In this document: piece by piece, positions 40,016 to 50,350 of the stretch | How positions within the stretch are numbered: position 1 is the first letter of the stretch | How the letters are laid out: every line of letters starts with the position of its first letter | Program-made: the position numbers and the translations under genes | NCBI GenBank assembly: GCA_022791255.1 | Contig: JAAVYR010000016.1 | Location: 64,497-128,496, forward strand | Length of the DNA: 64,000 nucleotides | Direction: 5' to 3' | From: Peptococcaceae bacterium | Lineage (GTDB): Bacteria > Bacillota > Dehalobacteriia > UBA4068 > JAAVYR01 | The notes under the pieces: model-generated | Databases searched by the model: none | Told to the model about the DNA's origin: nothing | The model's input: only the letters and a program-made list of their open reading frames with translations

Positions 40016-41035
40016 TTATTTGATAAATTCTTTTTGATGAACAATAATGCCTTCATTGGGGTCACTATTTTTATCAATCTCAAAATCTTCCCCAGCGCGT
40101 ACTTCTACATCTTCCATATTAGCGTTGTCTACTTGGAACGAGATATCACCGTCAGCCACATCACCATGGTTCGCGTTATCACCATCGTCCCCGTCATCTC
40201 TAGCCATCTCCGCGTCAATGGCTTTTAAGATTTGTTCCGCTTTTTGCGGGTCAGCTTTTTTAGGGTCTAAAGGCAAGGTAAAGAGAATATTGCAGCCATC
40301 ATAGTCAGCTTTTGGTGTAATCACACCAGTTGCTTCATCCATCTGGTAAGAGCTATTGTCCAAGAAAGCTTCCCCTAATACCGCCAGATAAACCTGACGG
40401 TCAGCAAAACACTGAATGTCATCAAACTCAACAATACGATAAAGCACACCATCAACAATCTGCATCTGGGCGCTACCATGATACATGGTGAAAATATTGT
40501 ACTGCCAGGGAGTTTGCCCCTGGATAAGAGGCGTTACCAAAATTTCATCATCAAAAGTCATAGGGGTACCATCCGTTTTTTCCACGGCAACTACAGCATA
40601 GGTATTGCCGGGAGCCACATCCCAGGTATCGGGCTGGAAATCACTGATATTTTCTCCGCTTACCACACCCAGCACTGTCGCCCGATATGGACCATCCGTC
40701 ATGGTTTGAGGTGCAAAGTCACTGCCGGCCAGTTGCGCTGCCAGCTTTTTATCGCCCAGCTGCTCTGCTACTTCACCTGCTGTCAAATATTGATAAGCGG
40801 CAAAGGCTGTCGCACTCATAGCAGCAACAAATGCAGCTGCCAACAGAATAGTTTTAATAGGTTTTTTAGTAGTTCTTTCCATGGTCATAGGAATAATCTC
40901 CTCCTCTTTTGGCAAGTTTTTATCGATGCGTTCATCTAGTTCGTTTAGTTCGTTTATAGAAAAAGGAGGTGTAATAGCAGCTTTTATGGCCTTGCTATGG
41001 GCCGCAAGTCTTGCTTCCAACTCTTTCAGTTCCAT
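40016..41035 (-). CDS. putative anti-sigma factor (DUF4179-like; single transmembrane helix, extracytoplasmic C-terminal domain)
   Basis: Directly downstream of an ECF sigma gene, overlapping it by 1 nt. Short cytoplasmic N-terminal segment, one transmembrane helix (ILLAAAFVAAMSATAFAAY) and an acidic C-terminus. Confidence 0.5.
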   Translation of the reverse strand: MELKELEARLAAHSKAIKAAITPPFSINELNELDERIDKNLPKEEEIIPMTMERTTKKPIKTILLAAAFVAAMSATAFAAYQYLTAGEVAEQLGDKKLAAQLAGSDFAPQTMTDGPYRATVLGVVSGENISDFQPDTWDVAPGNTYAVVAVEKTDGTPMTFDDEILVTPLIQGQTPWQYNIFTMYHGSAQMQIVDGVLYRIVEFDDIQCFADRQVYLAVLGEAFLDNSSYQMDEATGVITPKADYDGCNILFTLPLDPKKADPQKAEQILKAIDAEMARDDGDDGDNANHGDVADGDISFQVDNANMEDVEVRAGEDFEIDKNSDPNEGIIVHQKEFIK

Positions 41036-41586
41036 TAAGATACATCTCCTTCCAAATAATTCTTAAGCTGTATCATCGCGTTTTTGGTACGGTATTTTAC
41101 AGTGGATACAGGCAAGTCTAACATTTGAGCTACCTCTTCATAAGTCATATCATGGTAAAAGCGCAAAGTCAGATAGATAGACACTTCTCGATGAAGCCGG
41201 CACAGCGCGTCTAAAATCTCTATATCTTCTGTGGCAACATGAGAACAAGCGTCTAACTGGTCCGTCAGCGGCTCCGTGTATTTTTCTTTTCGCAAAAAAT
41301 CCTTGCACTTATTAATGACAATGCGCGTCAACCATGTTTTGAAATATGCTTGATTTTTTAAGGTAGCAAAATTTCGGTAAGCAGCAAGCACGGCCTCTTG
41401 TACAGCGTCTTTGGCATTTTCCGTGTTATGAAGATATCCTACCGCCACTAAAAATAAAGATTTTTCGATTTTCTGGTATTCCTGTTCGAACAGCTGCCGC
41501 AAGTATGGTCCCTCCTTTTTATCAGCCTCTGTAAGACTCTTACACTTATTAGACGACAAAATCAGAAAAAAAGTCAAACCCCACAA
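41035..41586 (-). CDS. RNA polymerase ECF-type sigma-70 factor
   Basis: Region 2 (AKDAVQEAVLAAYRNF, FKTWLTRIVINKCKDFLRK) and region 4 (YEEVAQMLDLPVSTVKYRTKNAMIQLKNYLE). The annotated N-terminus may be over-extended. Confidence 0.75.
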   Translation of the reverse strand: MWGLTFFLILSSNKCKSLTEADKKEGPYLRQLFEQEYQKIEKSLFLVAVGYLHNTENAKDAVQEAVLAAYRNFATLKNQAYFKTWLTRIVINKCKDFLRKEKYTEPLTDQLDACSHVATEDIEILDALCRLHREVSIYLTLRFYHDMTYEEVAQMLDLPVSTVKYRTKNAMIQLKNYLEGDVS

Positions 41587-41665
41587 AAAGTTTTTTGCTA
41601 GGTTTGACTTTTTTTATATTTATTATTTCATTTTAATACTGATATTTTATCTTATGTTTATTTTA

Positions 41666-42121
41666 TCAACGAGGGAATTGGCCATCCATGCGGATAAAGC
41701 CCTCTTGCCAACACCGCTCATCTATTTTCCATCGTGTTATTGTCCATTCTTCCCGCTCGTATTGATGTTTTAAGTAAGCAAGCTCGTTCTTCGCCTGCGC
41801 CTCTGTAGAAAAACAATCACTTTCTATCACATCAATCTCATCAAAAGCCTCATTGGTATTCCACCCCTGTACCATCCATACAAAAACGGGTGTTTTATCA
41901 TCTTCACTGCCAAGCACCGCTTTCTGCTTAATTCGATAAGTACAGGGAAATTCGCAAAAACCCTGCACATTCTGTAAATAATTCCGGGCAATATCCTCAG
42001 CCTGCTGTTCCGTTGCAAAAAGACCAATGTCAAAATCTTCGGAATGATTACCATAAGATAATTCTGTATCGGTCAATGTCAATAAATATAATATCAAGGT
42101 TACACCTCTATTTTTTGACAA
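41666..42121 (-). CDS. hypothetical protein (151 aa)
   Basis: ORF with a ribosome-binding site. No recognisable motif. Confidence 0.35.
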   Translation of the reverse strand: MSKNRGVTLILYLLTLTDTELSYGNHSEDFDIGLFATEQQAEDIARNYLQNVQGFCEFPCTYRIKQKAVLGSEDDKTPVFVWMVQGWNTNEAFDEIDVIESDCFSTEAQAKNELAYLKHQYEREEWTITRWKIDERCWQEGFIRMDGQFPR

Positions 42122-42125
42122 GGAT

Positions 42126-43661
42126 TTATTCCCACTCTACCGTAGCCGGCGGTTTCCCGGAAATATCATAGACCACTCTACCCGCTCCCGCCACCTCATT
42201 AGAGATACGAGCAGAGATTTTTCCTAAAATGCGATGAGGGATAGATGCATATTCCGCCGTCATAAAGTCGGTAGTCGTTACCGCCCGCACGCCAATGACA
42301 TAGTCATATGCCCGCTCGTCACCGACTACCCCTACTGTACGAATGCCTGGCAACACTGCAAAATATTGGTCGGGACGGTTTTTCAGCTTATCAACCTCTT
42401 CCCGAACAATGGCGTCTGCATTGCGTAACACTTCCAATTTTTCTTCGGTAATCTCTCCTAAAATCCGCACGGCAAGGCCAGGGCCAGGAAACGGCTGCCG
42501 ATTAACCAAAAAGTCAGGTAGTCCTAACTGCCGCCCTAATGCCCGCACTTCATCCTTAAAAAGCCCCCGCAAAGGCTCTACCACACCGTCAAAGCCGATG
42601 TTTTCCGGAAGGCCCCCTACATTATGATGACTCTTAATGGTAGCTGCGGCGCTGCCCCCAGACTCGATAACATCAGGATAAATGGTACCTTGGGCAAGAA
42701 AAGGAATAGCCCCCAGCTTAAGAGCCTCTTCTTCAAAGACGCGGATAAATTCTCCACCGATGATTTTCCGCTTTTGTTCAGGATCTGTCACCCCAGCAAG
42801 AAGCCCAAGGAACCGCTCCCCGGCATTGACCCGGATAAACTTCATATTCCGCTGGGAGAAAATGCCTTCGATTTCGTCGCCTTCCTTTTTCCGCATAAGG
42901 CCATGGTCTACAAAAACAGCCGTCAGCTTCCCCGGCAAGGCCCGCTCAATCAGAGCCGCACAAACAGAAGAGTCCACACCGCCAGAGAGCGCTAAGAGTA
43001 CCTGATTATCACCGACCTTTTCCCGAAGGAACATTGACGCTTCTTCTATGTATTCGCCAATATCATAATCGCCCTTGGCATGGCAGATTTCATATAAGAA
43101 GTTATGTAACAGCTTGTCCCCTTGCTCCGTATGCTTCACCTCTGGGTGAAACTGCACGCCATAAAATTTGCGGTTCTCATCACAAACTGCCGCAATCTTA
43201 CAACCTTTGGTCTTTGCTGCAATGTGAAAACCTGCCGGCACTTCTACCACTTCATCCAGATGGCTCATTAGGCTCGTAATAGTCTCATTCATGCCGATAA
43301 ACAAAGGACAATTTTGCATCAAGGCTGTTTTCGTTTTGCCATATTCTCCACCCTTTGCCGCAGGACGAACCTTACCACCTAGAGAAAAACACATCATCTG
43401 CATGCCATAACAAATCCCTAAAATTGGTATCCCCAGCTGAAAGATGGCAGGGTCTGCCAAAGGAGAGCCCTCCCGATAAACACTTTTAGGACCACCGGTA
43501 AAAACAATACCGATGGGGGCCATTTCTTTTACTTTCTGGGCGGAAATATGTCCGGGATGAATTTCCGTATATACCTTTTGCCCTCGGATATTGGAGGCAA
43601 TAAGTTCTTTATATTGTCCGCCAAAGTCCAGCACCAGGACTAGTTCTTTTTTATCAGCCAT
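42126..43661 (-). CDS. guaA: GMP synthase (glutamine-hydrolysing)
   Basis: N-terminal class-I glutamine amidotransferase domain (LGICYGMQ, HPE). ATP pyrophosphatase SGGVDSSV P-loop. C-terminal dimerisation domain ending in PATVEWE. Confidence 0.95.
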   Translation of the reverse strand: MADKKELVLVLDFGGQYKELIASNIRGQKVYTEIHPGHISAQKVKEMAPIGIVFTGGPKSVYREGSPLADPAIFQLGIPILGICYGMQMMCFSLGGKVRPAAKGGEYGKTKTALMQNCPLFIGMNETITSLMSHLDEVVEVPAGFHIAAKTKGCKIAAVCDENRKFYGVQFHPEVKHTEQGDKLLHNFLYEICHAKGDYDIGEYIEEASMFLREKVGDNQVLLALSGGVDSSVCAALIERALPGKLTAVFVDHGLMRKKEGDEIEGIFSQRNMKFIRVNAGERFLGLLAGVTDPEQKRKIIGGEFIRVFEEEALKLGAIPFLAQGTIYPDVIESGGSAAATIKSHHNVGGLPENIGFDGVVEPLRGLFKDEVRALGRQLGLPDFLVNRQPFPGPGLAVRILGEITEEKLEVLRNADAIVREEVDKLKNRPDQYFAVLPGIRTVGVVGDERAYDYVIGVRAVTTTDFMTAEYASIPHRILGKISARISNEVAGAGRVVYDISGKPPATVEWE

Positions 43662-43715
43662 AGATACACCGACCTTTCTCTCTCGAAGAAATCATAGAAA
43701 CATCCCAAATTTATT

Positions 43716-45242
43716 TTATAATAACGGCGCAAACATACGAAGAATTGCCTGGATAAATCGCTTGCCATTACTGGTCTTTCTCACCTCTTCCAAGGTCACT
43801 TCATGACAAAGTCCCATAGTCTGTATGATATCCTCCTTCACCGCTTGCACCACAGAGGAATAGTAAAAGGCCGTACAGCATTCAAAATGCAGATAAAGGC
43901 TGCGATAATCCATATTTGCCGTGCCCACTGTCGCTACCATATCATCAGCGACAAACATTTTACCATGGACAAAACCCGGTGTATATTCATAAATCCGCAC
44001 CCCGGCAAACAGCAACGTTTTATAGAAAGATTGCGTTACCCAGAATACCAGCTTCTTATCGGGAATACCTGGCGTGATAATACGCACGTCCACACCAGAA
44101 CGAGCCGCAAGGCTTAGGGCTGTCACTGTCTCATGGTCTAATATCAAATAAGGCGTAATGATATAGACATATTTTTCAGCCCGGTTAATGATATTGAGGT
44201 ATGCATGTTCTGAGACAGGGGTACTATTTAAGGGGGTTGCACCATAAGGCTGGACAAAGCCATCCTCTGCACAGCTGCAAGGCACCTGATAACGAAGGTA
44301 GTCTTCTTTGAGCCCAGTAGCAAATCGCCACATTTCCAAGAACATCAGGGTAAAGCTCCACACCGCATCCCCGCGAATAAGAACTGCCGTATCTTTCCAG
44401 TGACCATAAGGATGGGTCAGATTGATATACTCATCTGCAATATTGGTACCGCCGTTATAAGCCATAACGCCGTCAATAATACAGATTTTCCGGTGGTCAC
44501 GGCTATTGACAAAACCATCTAAGCGAGGACGGAAAGGATTAAAGGCCACCAACTGGATACCAGCCTCTCGAGCCAGTCTGTCCAAATCATCCGGGAGAGT
44601 CGACGCACTGCCCAAGTCGTCATACATCAGCCGCACTTCTACACCGTTCGCTGCCCTATCTTTTAAAATGGCAAAAATATTTTGCCACATTTCCCCTTCC
44701 GAAACAATAAAATATTCCATAAAGATAAATGTTTTCGCTTGGGAGAGTTCCTTACATAAGGACTGATACCAATCCTCCCCTACCGGAAAATATTCACAAG
44801 CTGTATTGGTACAAACTGGCCCATTGGCCATCTGTTGGATAAATTCTCCTTGCCGAGCCAAGCTAGGATTACGGCTCTCTAAGCGGTCCAACACAGAGTC
44901 TGTCTGCAGGTTTAAATAGGCAGTTTCTTCATAAATCTTTCTTAAAAGCTTCCGTTTACTCCATTTGATTTTCACCCGCTGCCAAAAGATAAAATAATAC
45001 GCACCCACCAGCGGTAGCCCCATAATCAAAAGGGCCCATGCCATTTTATAAGCAGGATTTAAATCGCTGCTGAACAACCACAACATAATAAAAAAGCTAG
45101 AAAACATCAACGCTGAATAAACAAAGGCACTGTTTGCAGCGAGAATAATCACCACCAGCGTAATGAGACACAATTGGGCAGCAATCAAAAGGCCAAAGAT
45201 AAATACACGAGAAAAGATTAAACGAAGTAATTTATTTTTCAT
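43716..45242 (-). CDS. cls: cardiolipin synthase
   Basis: Two N-terminal transmembrane helices and two PLD HKD motifs (HRKICIIDG, HGKMFVADD). Confidence 0.85.
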   Translation of the reverse strand: MKNKLLRLIFSRVFIFGLLIAAQLCLITLVVIILAANSAFVYSALMFSSFFIMLWLFSSDLNPAYKMAWALLIMGLPLVGAYYFIFWQRVKIKWSKRKLLRKIYEETAYLNLQTDSVLDRLESRNPSLARQGEFIQQMANGPVCTNTACEYFPVGEDWYQSLCKELSQAKTFIFMEYFIVSEGEMWQNIFAILKDRAANGVEVRLMYDDLGSASTLPDDLDRLAREAGIQLVAFNPFRPRLDGFVNSRDHRKICIIDGVMAYNGGTNIADEYINLTHPYGHWKDTAVLIRGDAVWSFTLMFLEMWRFATGLKEDYLRYQVPCSCAEDGFVQPYGATPLNSTPVSEHAYLNIINRAEKYVYIITPYLILDHETVTALSLAARSGVDVRIITPGIPDKKLVFWVTQSFYKTLLFAGVRIYEYTPGFVHGKMFVADDMVATVGTANMDYRSLYLHFECCTAFYYSSVVQAVKEDIIQTMGLCHEVTLEEVRKTSNGKRFIQAILRMFAPLL

Positions 45243-45503
45243 GCCGCCCTCCTAAAAAATATTGCAATATTCCTTTATTTTTTTATTGTACCATGAACCC
45301 TAGGGAACCTCAAATAAAATCTTCCGGTTTCCCTTCTGGTTATCGCACGGATTAGCCAGTTTTTCATATAATAATGATAAACAGGAAACTTTCAAAAATA
45401 GTCTGTCTATTTTTCATAGGCTTTCGCTCCACATCGTACCACCGTGTCCATAAGGCAGGGGCTCCAGCCCCCCGAAACAAACACAAAACAGGAGGTACCG
45501 TTT

Positions 45504-46529
45504 ATGGATTATCCATTTTTTACCAACGGCTATACCGCAGTAAATGGCTGCAGCACTAACACAAGTAATGTGGCAAACAATAACAACACATTAACTACCT
45601 GCAGCAGCTGCAATAATAACCGTACCGTTGTGACCAATACGAGAACCGCAAATGGTCAAATCGTATTGCCCACTGGTTGCTTTTGTCCACCAAGCAGATG
45701 CAACCGGGTACTGGCTTCTCCTTGCTGCCAAGGAATGACACCAGATACCAGAGGCTGCACCAGCAGCCAAGTTTATACCTATGCAAATATCGTATTTGAC
45801 GCCAAGGAAGTAGAGGGAGACCAAATCAAAGAAAAAATCTGTGTTCCCTCTGACGAATGTAATTTCACTGCCATTTATAATGGCTGCAATGGTTGCTGTG
45901 ACGGCTGCCCGCAAATTGACGAACATTCCTGCTTCAAGGTAGTCAGCTACTGCATTCGGGTAAAACATGCCCGCCCCAGATGTCTCCTCACTGGAGCAGA
46001 CTTCACTATCAATAACTATCCGGCAAACGACGCTGATGTAGAACACTTAGGTTTTGATACCTATCGTATTCCCTTAAGCGGCTTCACACCGGATATTTAT
46101 GAAGCCACTTGCACCTGCGATAACTTAGGTACCAAAGCTTCCCTCATTGTATCTCCCAATGGCTTCCCTGTGGAATACATGATGGAATATGCTTTATGCG
46201 GCTATGTCACCACCAGCTGTGGTACTTATTGCTTCGAAATTACCTTTGAAGACGCCTGCCCTATGGTGACCAATGGTCTGACCTCTTTCTTCGTCAAAGA
46301 CCTCTGTCTGCCAATCCCACGCTGCCACCAAATCCCAGAACTGAAAACCAGCTTCTGCTTTGACGCAAGTCTCGTAGCACCTGAAATCCATGCTACTTGC
46401 TGCAACCACTTAGTATTGACAGATACCTTAGTCATCACTCCAAAAGTATTGGCAGAAACGACTGTCAACAAACGGGTCGTAGCCACTGTTTGTCAATTCC
46501 CTGACAACGAAATCTACTGCTGCAAATAA
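45504..46529 (+). CDS. cysteine-rich protein of unknown function (341 aa, 32 Cys, no signal peptide)
   Basis: Strong AGGAGG ribosome-binding site 9 nt upstream of the ATG at 45504. Asn/Thr-rich N-terminus followed by many CC, CxC and CxxC pairs. No hydrophobic leader. Confidence 0.5.
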   Translation: MDYPFFTNGYTAVNGCSTNTSNVANNNNTLTTCSSCNNNRTVVTNTRTANGQIVLPTGCFCPPSRCNRVLASPCCQGMTPDTRGCTSSQVYTYANIVFDAKEVEGDQIKEKICVPSDECNFTAIYNGCNGCCDGCPQIDEHSCFKVVSYCIRVKHARPRCLLTGADFTINNYPANDADVEHLGFDTYRIPLSGFTPDIYEATCTCDNLGTKASLIVSPNGFPVEYMMEYALCGYVTTSCGTYCFEITFEDACPMVTNGLTSFFVKDLCLPIPRCHQIPELKTSFCFDASLVAPEIHATCCNHLVLTDTLVITPKVLAETTVNKRVVATVCQFPDNEIYCCK

Positions 46530-46605
46530 GTATCTCACTAAGATAGCGCACGCTGCCTATCTATAGTCGTCTGCTTTCCTTAACAAATACAAAAATACGG
46601 TTTTA

Positions 46606-46652
46606 CAGAAAACCCGGCTATTGTCAGTTTTTACAATAGCCGGGTTTTTATA
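46606..46652. terminator. bidirectional terminator
   Basis: AAAACCCGGCTATTGT-cagtttttac-AATAGCCGGGTTTTT perfect 15-bp stem. Confidence 0.55.
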
Positions 46653-46674
46653 CGGATAATACGGAACAGCGACA

Positions 46675-48105
46675 TTATTGGCAACGAGCATAAAACTCAT
46701 CATAAGTCCAATTGTTCACATAGCAGGTATAAGCGATTTGCTTCCCTACATAGCGCAAATGCCACCATTCAGCAGGATAACCAGTCACTGCCTCCTTTTC
46801 CTTTGGGTAACGAATGATAAAGCCATATTCATGGGCATGGTCCCGCAACCAAAGAGCCTCTTTACACTGAGAAAGATTTTCATCTAATCGATTAGCACTG
46901 TTTACCACATCCATGGCCAGTCCTGTCTGGTGCTCACTGGTACCAGGTTTGGCACGATAGGGATTAGAACCATTACCATACAAGCCCTTTTGGGTCTGAT
47001 AGCTGCGATAACCAGAACGAACAAATATCTCGATACCATCTGCTTTCGCACCGCTAAACAGCGTTTTCAGTTGTTCATAAGCAAAAGGTTCCATGAGCCC
47101 TTGCTGGGTTTTAGCCGGCAGCGTCTGCTGGGTAATCAGGGTAGGCTGATAGGTCTCCGGAAGGGTATGGGTTTTATTCACCAGTACCCAGAGACTGGTC
47201 GGTGTATCCATTTGTTTTTTCATATAAGCTTTATTTTTTGCGGTTAACGGAAATAAACTATTATCTGCTTTGAGCCGTTCCAGAAAATATTTTTCATAAC
47301 GATAGCTATCATTTTGTAGGATTGGTAAATCAGCCAGGATGGCTTCCTTCTCTGCAATGGTACCTATCTGCACCAGACGGTCGCCCCAGCAAACGCTGGT
47401 CACATAGCCTGTTTCCAGGTTTAACGTTACTTCCTTCAAACACAAGAAATGATAAGAAATATCTGCCAATAACAAACGATTTAAGGGCAAAAGACGATAT
47501 TTCTGCAAATCAGAAAGAGGCATGTCCTTGCCTTGGGCAGCAAGCGCAGAAGAAAGCAGGGTAATATATTCCTGGGTGGTCAAAGGCGCAAGCGGGTCCA
47601 TATCCTGCGTTATCATACCATGGTTCATGGCATAGGCGATAAAAGGTCTCCCCCAGGCCGGCACAGCATCAGACACCTGTCCTGGGTTCACTGCTTGTCC
47701 ACGAGCAGCTTGTTCCTGACCAGTCAACCGCAGCGCTAGGATAATCCCTTCCATGCGGTTAGGCGCGCCAGATAAATAAGCAGCATCATATACGCCATGT
47801 TTCTTAGGCCATTGGATAAAAGAGAAGTGCTCTAAGGCAATGACATTGGCTAAAGACTCTCTGCCAGCAGGCAAGTCATCCAACACCAAAACAGCAGTGT
47901 TCCCCTGGGCAACTGTCACCTCTCCATTTTCATCTACGGCATAAACAGGTTTGTCCCCTTTTGGAAAAAAGCAAATAAGACCTAAGCACAGAAAAGCCGC
48001 TGCCCCTGCACCAATCATTTTATTACGGCCGGCAGGCGTCTGCCAAAGGGTACGCAACTGCTGGCAGCTATATTTTAATTTTTCTTTTACTTCTTCTAAT
48101 TTCAT
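46675..48105 (-). CDS. membrane-anchored D-alanyl-D-alanine carboxypeptidase, peptidase M15B (VanY-like)
   Basis: N-terminal transmembrane segment. C-terminal M15 motifs: SGYRSYQTQ, GTSEHQTGLAMDV (HxxxxxxD zinc site) and EYGFIIRYP...EWWHLRYVG. Confidence 0.7.
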   Translation of the reverse strand: MKLEEVKEKLKYSCQQLRTLWQTPAGRNKMIGAGAAAFLCLGLICFFPKGDKPVYAVDENGEVTVAQGNTAVLVLDDLPAGRESLANVIALEHFSFIQWPKKHGVYDAAYLSGAPNRMEGIILALRLTGQEQAARGQAVNPGQVSDAVPAWGRPFIAYAMNHGMITQDMDPLAPLTTQEYITLLSSALAAQGKDMPLSDLQKYRLLPLNRLLLADISYHFLCLKEVTLNLETGYVTSVCWGDRLVQIGTIAEKEAILADLPILQNDSYRYEKYFLERLKADNSLFPLTAKNKAYMKKQMDTPTSLWVLVNKTHTLPETYQPTLITQQTLPAKTQQGLMEPFAYEQLKTLFSGAKADGIEIFVRSGYRSYQTQKGLYGNGSNPYRAKPGTSEHQTGLAMDVVNSANRLDENLSQCKEALWLRDHAHEYGFIIRYPKEKEAVTGYPAEWWHLRYVGKQIAYTCYVNNWTYDEFYARCQ

Positions 48106-48494
48106 TTGTTCAGTCCTTCATTTATCACAGCATATAAACCAAATTCTGATTATGTTTTACTTTTTTTATCATACCATAAAACGACAAAATATACTATAAA
48201 GATTTCCTTAATTTTTTGATAACAGAACCCAGGAAATAACTTCCATCACCTATATATGGGAACAATTAAAAAACTATCCACAAAATGTGGATAGTCTGTG
48301 TATATCCTAGTCATAAAAAAATAGTACCAAACCAGAACTTCTCTTGTCGTTCTATTACTTTGCTGGTAAAATAAAAAACAAGATAACCAATCTCCATCAC
48401 AGCGATGTTCTTAAAGATATCAAATATATTTTTTAATAGTTCTAATGATAACAAAATAATGACACAATAAGAAAACGATGAGGAGGTATCACAT

Positions 48495-50192
48495 ATGACT
48501 ATGGAAAAAACAGGCGGAGAAATTGTGGTAGAAGTTTTAAAATCGGAAGGGGTTACCCATATTTTCGGCTACCCAGGAGGAGCAGCACTCCCTCTTTATG
48601 ATGCATTAAGCACTAGCGATATCACGCACATTCTTACTCGTCATGAACAGGGCGCAGCCCATGCAGCAGATGGTTATGCCCGTGCTACCGGGAAAGTCGG
48701 CGTCTGCATCTCTACCTCTGGCCCAGGCGCTACTAATCTAGTAACAGGCATAGCTACTGCCAATATGGACTCAATCCCTATGGTATGTATTACCTGCCAG
48801 GTAGCAGCCAGCCTCTTAGGCAAGGACTCCTTCCAAGAAGCAGACGTTGTGGGTATTACCGCCCCTATTACCAAGTTTAACCATATGGTACAGTCTGTAG
48901 AAGAGTTGGGTACTGTCTTAAAGCAAGCCTTTCACATCGCCCGCAGTGGCAGACCTGGTCCTGTAGTAGTAGATATCCCTAAAGATTTATTTGGTGCTAC
49001 TTGTGACTTCACCCTGCCAGAAACAGAGGAAGACCTCCATTTAAATGGCTATCATGTCCAGGCAGAAGGGAATACCCAGGATATCGACGCAGTCGTTGCA
49101 GCGCTTGCCACTGCCAAACGGCCCGTTCTCTTCATGGGCGGTGGTGTCATTGCTGCCGGTGCGGAAAAAGCCATGCTTCAGGTTGCCACCAAAACCAATA
49201 TTCCAGTGGTTACCAGCCTGATGGCAATATCGGCTCTGCCCACCGACCTGCCAAATTATCTAGGCATGGTAGGCATGCACGGTACTTACGCCGCCAATAT
49301 GGCTGTCACAGAAGCAGACCTACTCATTGGCTTAGGGGTACGCTTCGACGACCGGGTTACCAGCGTCATCAGTAAATTCGTCCCCCATGGGAAAATCGCC
49401 CATTTCGATATTGACCCATCAGAACTAGGTAAAAATGTACCTACAGAGTGGACTGTCCAAGGAGACCTAGCCTGGTCTTTGCCAATCTTCGCAGAAAAAG
49501 CACAAGTAGGCAATATCACCCCTTGGCAAGAACAGATAAAAAACTGGCAAGAAACCCATCCGCTGCCCCAGGCACCAGAACCAACAGAAGAAGAGGCGCT
49601 CATCTCTCCGCCAGCAGTTTTTGAACTGCTCAATAAAATCATGCCTAAAGACAGCATATTAGTCACGGATGTAGGCCAACACCAAATGTGGGCCGCTCAA
49701 TATGCAGAACGCATGCTTCCCCGCACCTTCCTTACCTCTGGAGGCTTAGGAACCATGGGTTATGGTCTGCCTGCTGCAGTTGGCGCCGCCATCGGCTGCC
49801 CCGGCAAAGAAGTATGGCTCATCTCAGGAGACGGCAGCATCATGATGAATTGTCAAGAGCTAGCAACTCTTGCAGAACAACAACTACCCGTAAAAATCCT
49901 CGTCCTTAATAACCGAGGCCTAGGTATGGTGCGTCAATGGCAACGGATGTTCTTTGGCAAGCGTTGCTTCGGTTCTAAACACGAAATAGATACCAACTTT
50001 GCCACCTTAGCCAAAGCCATGGGTGTAGAAGGCCAACGGGTAGACAATATCCATGACCTAAATATCGCACTACAGGCTGCAGCAAAGATAGCCAAAGGCC
50101 CTATGCTCATCGACGCTCGTATTCTGGAAGAGGCTAATGTATATCCTATGGTAGCGCCAGGTGCTGCCATCTATGAAATGATTGAGTGCTAA
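48495..50192 (+). CDS. ilvB: acetolactate synthase (acetohydroxy-acid synthase), large catalytic subunit
   Basis: TPP enzyme N-terminal (GYPGGAALPLYDAL) and C-terminal TPP-binding motifs (GLGTMGYGLPAAVGA, ISGDGSIMMNCQELAT). 565 aa. Confidence 0.9.
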   Translation: MTMEKTGGEIVVEVLKSEGVTHIFGYPGGAALPLYDALSTSDITHILTRHEQGAAHAADGYARATGKVGVCISTSGPGATNLVTGIATANMDSIPMVCITCQVAASLLGKDSFQEADVVGITAPITKFNHMVQSVEELGTVLKQAFHIARSGRPGPVVVDIPKDLFGATCDFTLPETEEDLHLNGYHVQAEGNTQDIDAVVAALATAKRPVLFMGGGVIAAGAEKAMLQVATKTNIPVVTSLMAISALPTDLPNYLGMVGMHGTYAANMAVTEADLLIGLGVRFDDRVTSVISKFVPHGKIAHFDIDPSELGKNVPTEWTVQGDLAWSLPIFAEKAQVGNITPWQEQIKNWQETHPLPQAPEPTEEEALISPPAVFELLNKIMPKDSILVTDVGQHQMWAAQYAERMLPRTFLTSGGLGTMGYGLPAAVGAAIGCPGKEVWLISGDGSIMMNCQELATLAEQQLPVKILVLNNRGLGMVRQWQRMFFGKRCFGSKHEIDTNFATLAKAMGVEGQRVDNIHDLNIALQAAAKIAKGPMLIDARILEEANVYPMVAPGAAIYEMIEC

Positions 50193-50257
50193 CCATTCGT
50201 TACTTAAAAGAAACTCACTGCTTTTTACACAAGGTCCAGATAGTGCCGGATGTTGCT

Positions 50258-50350
50258 CCATACTACGGAAGCAATACTTTCTACTATCGATAATTACTTT
50301 TTCTTCTATCAGAAGTACGCAATATTTCTCTTGCACTCTGTGACACTATA
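50258..50350. repeat. dispersed intergenic repeat, copy 3 (degenerate), lying between ilvB and ilvN
   Basis: ACTACGGAAGCAATAC...CTACTATCGATAATTAC...TATCAGAAGTACGCAATAT...TGTGACA. Confidence 0.5.
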
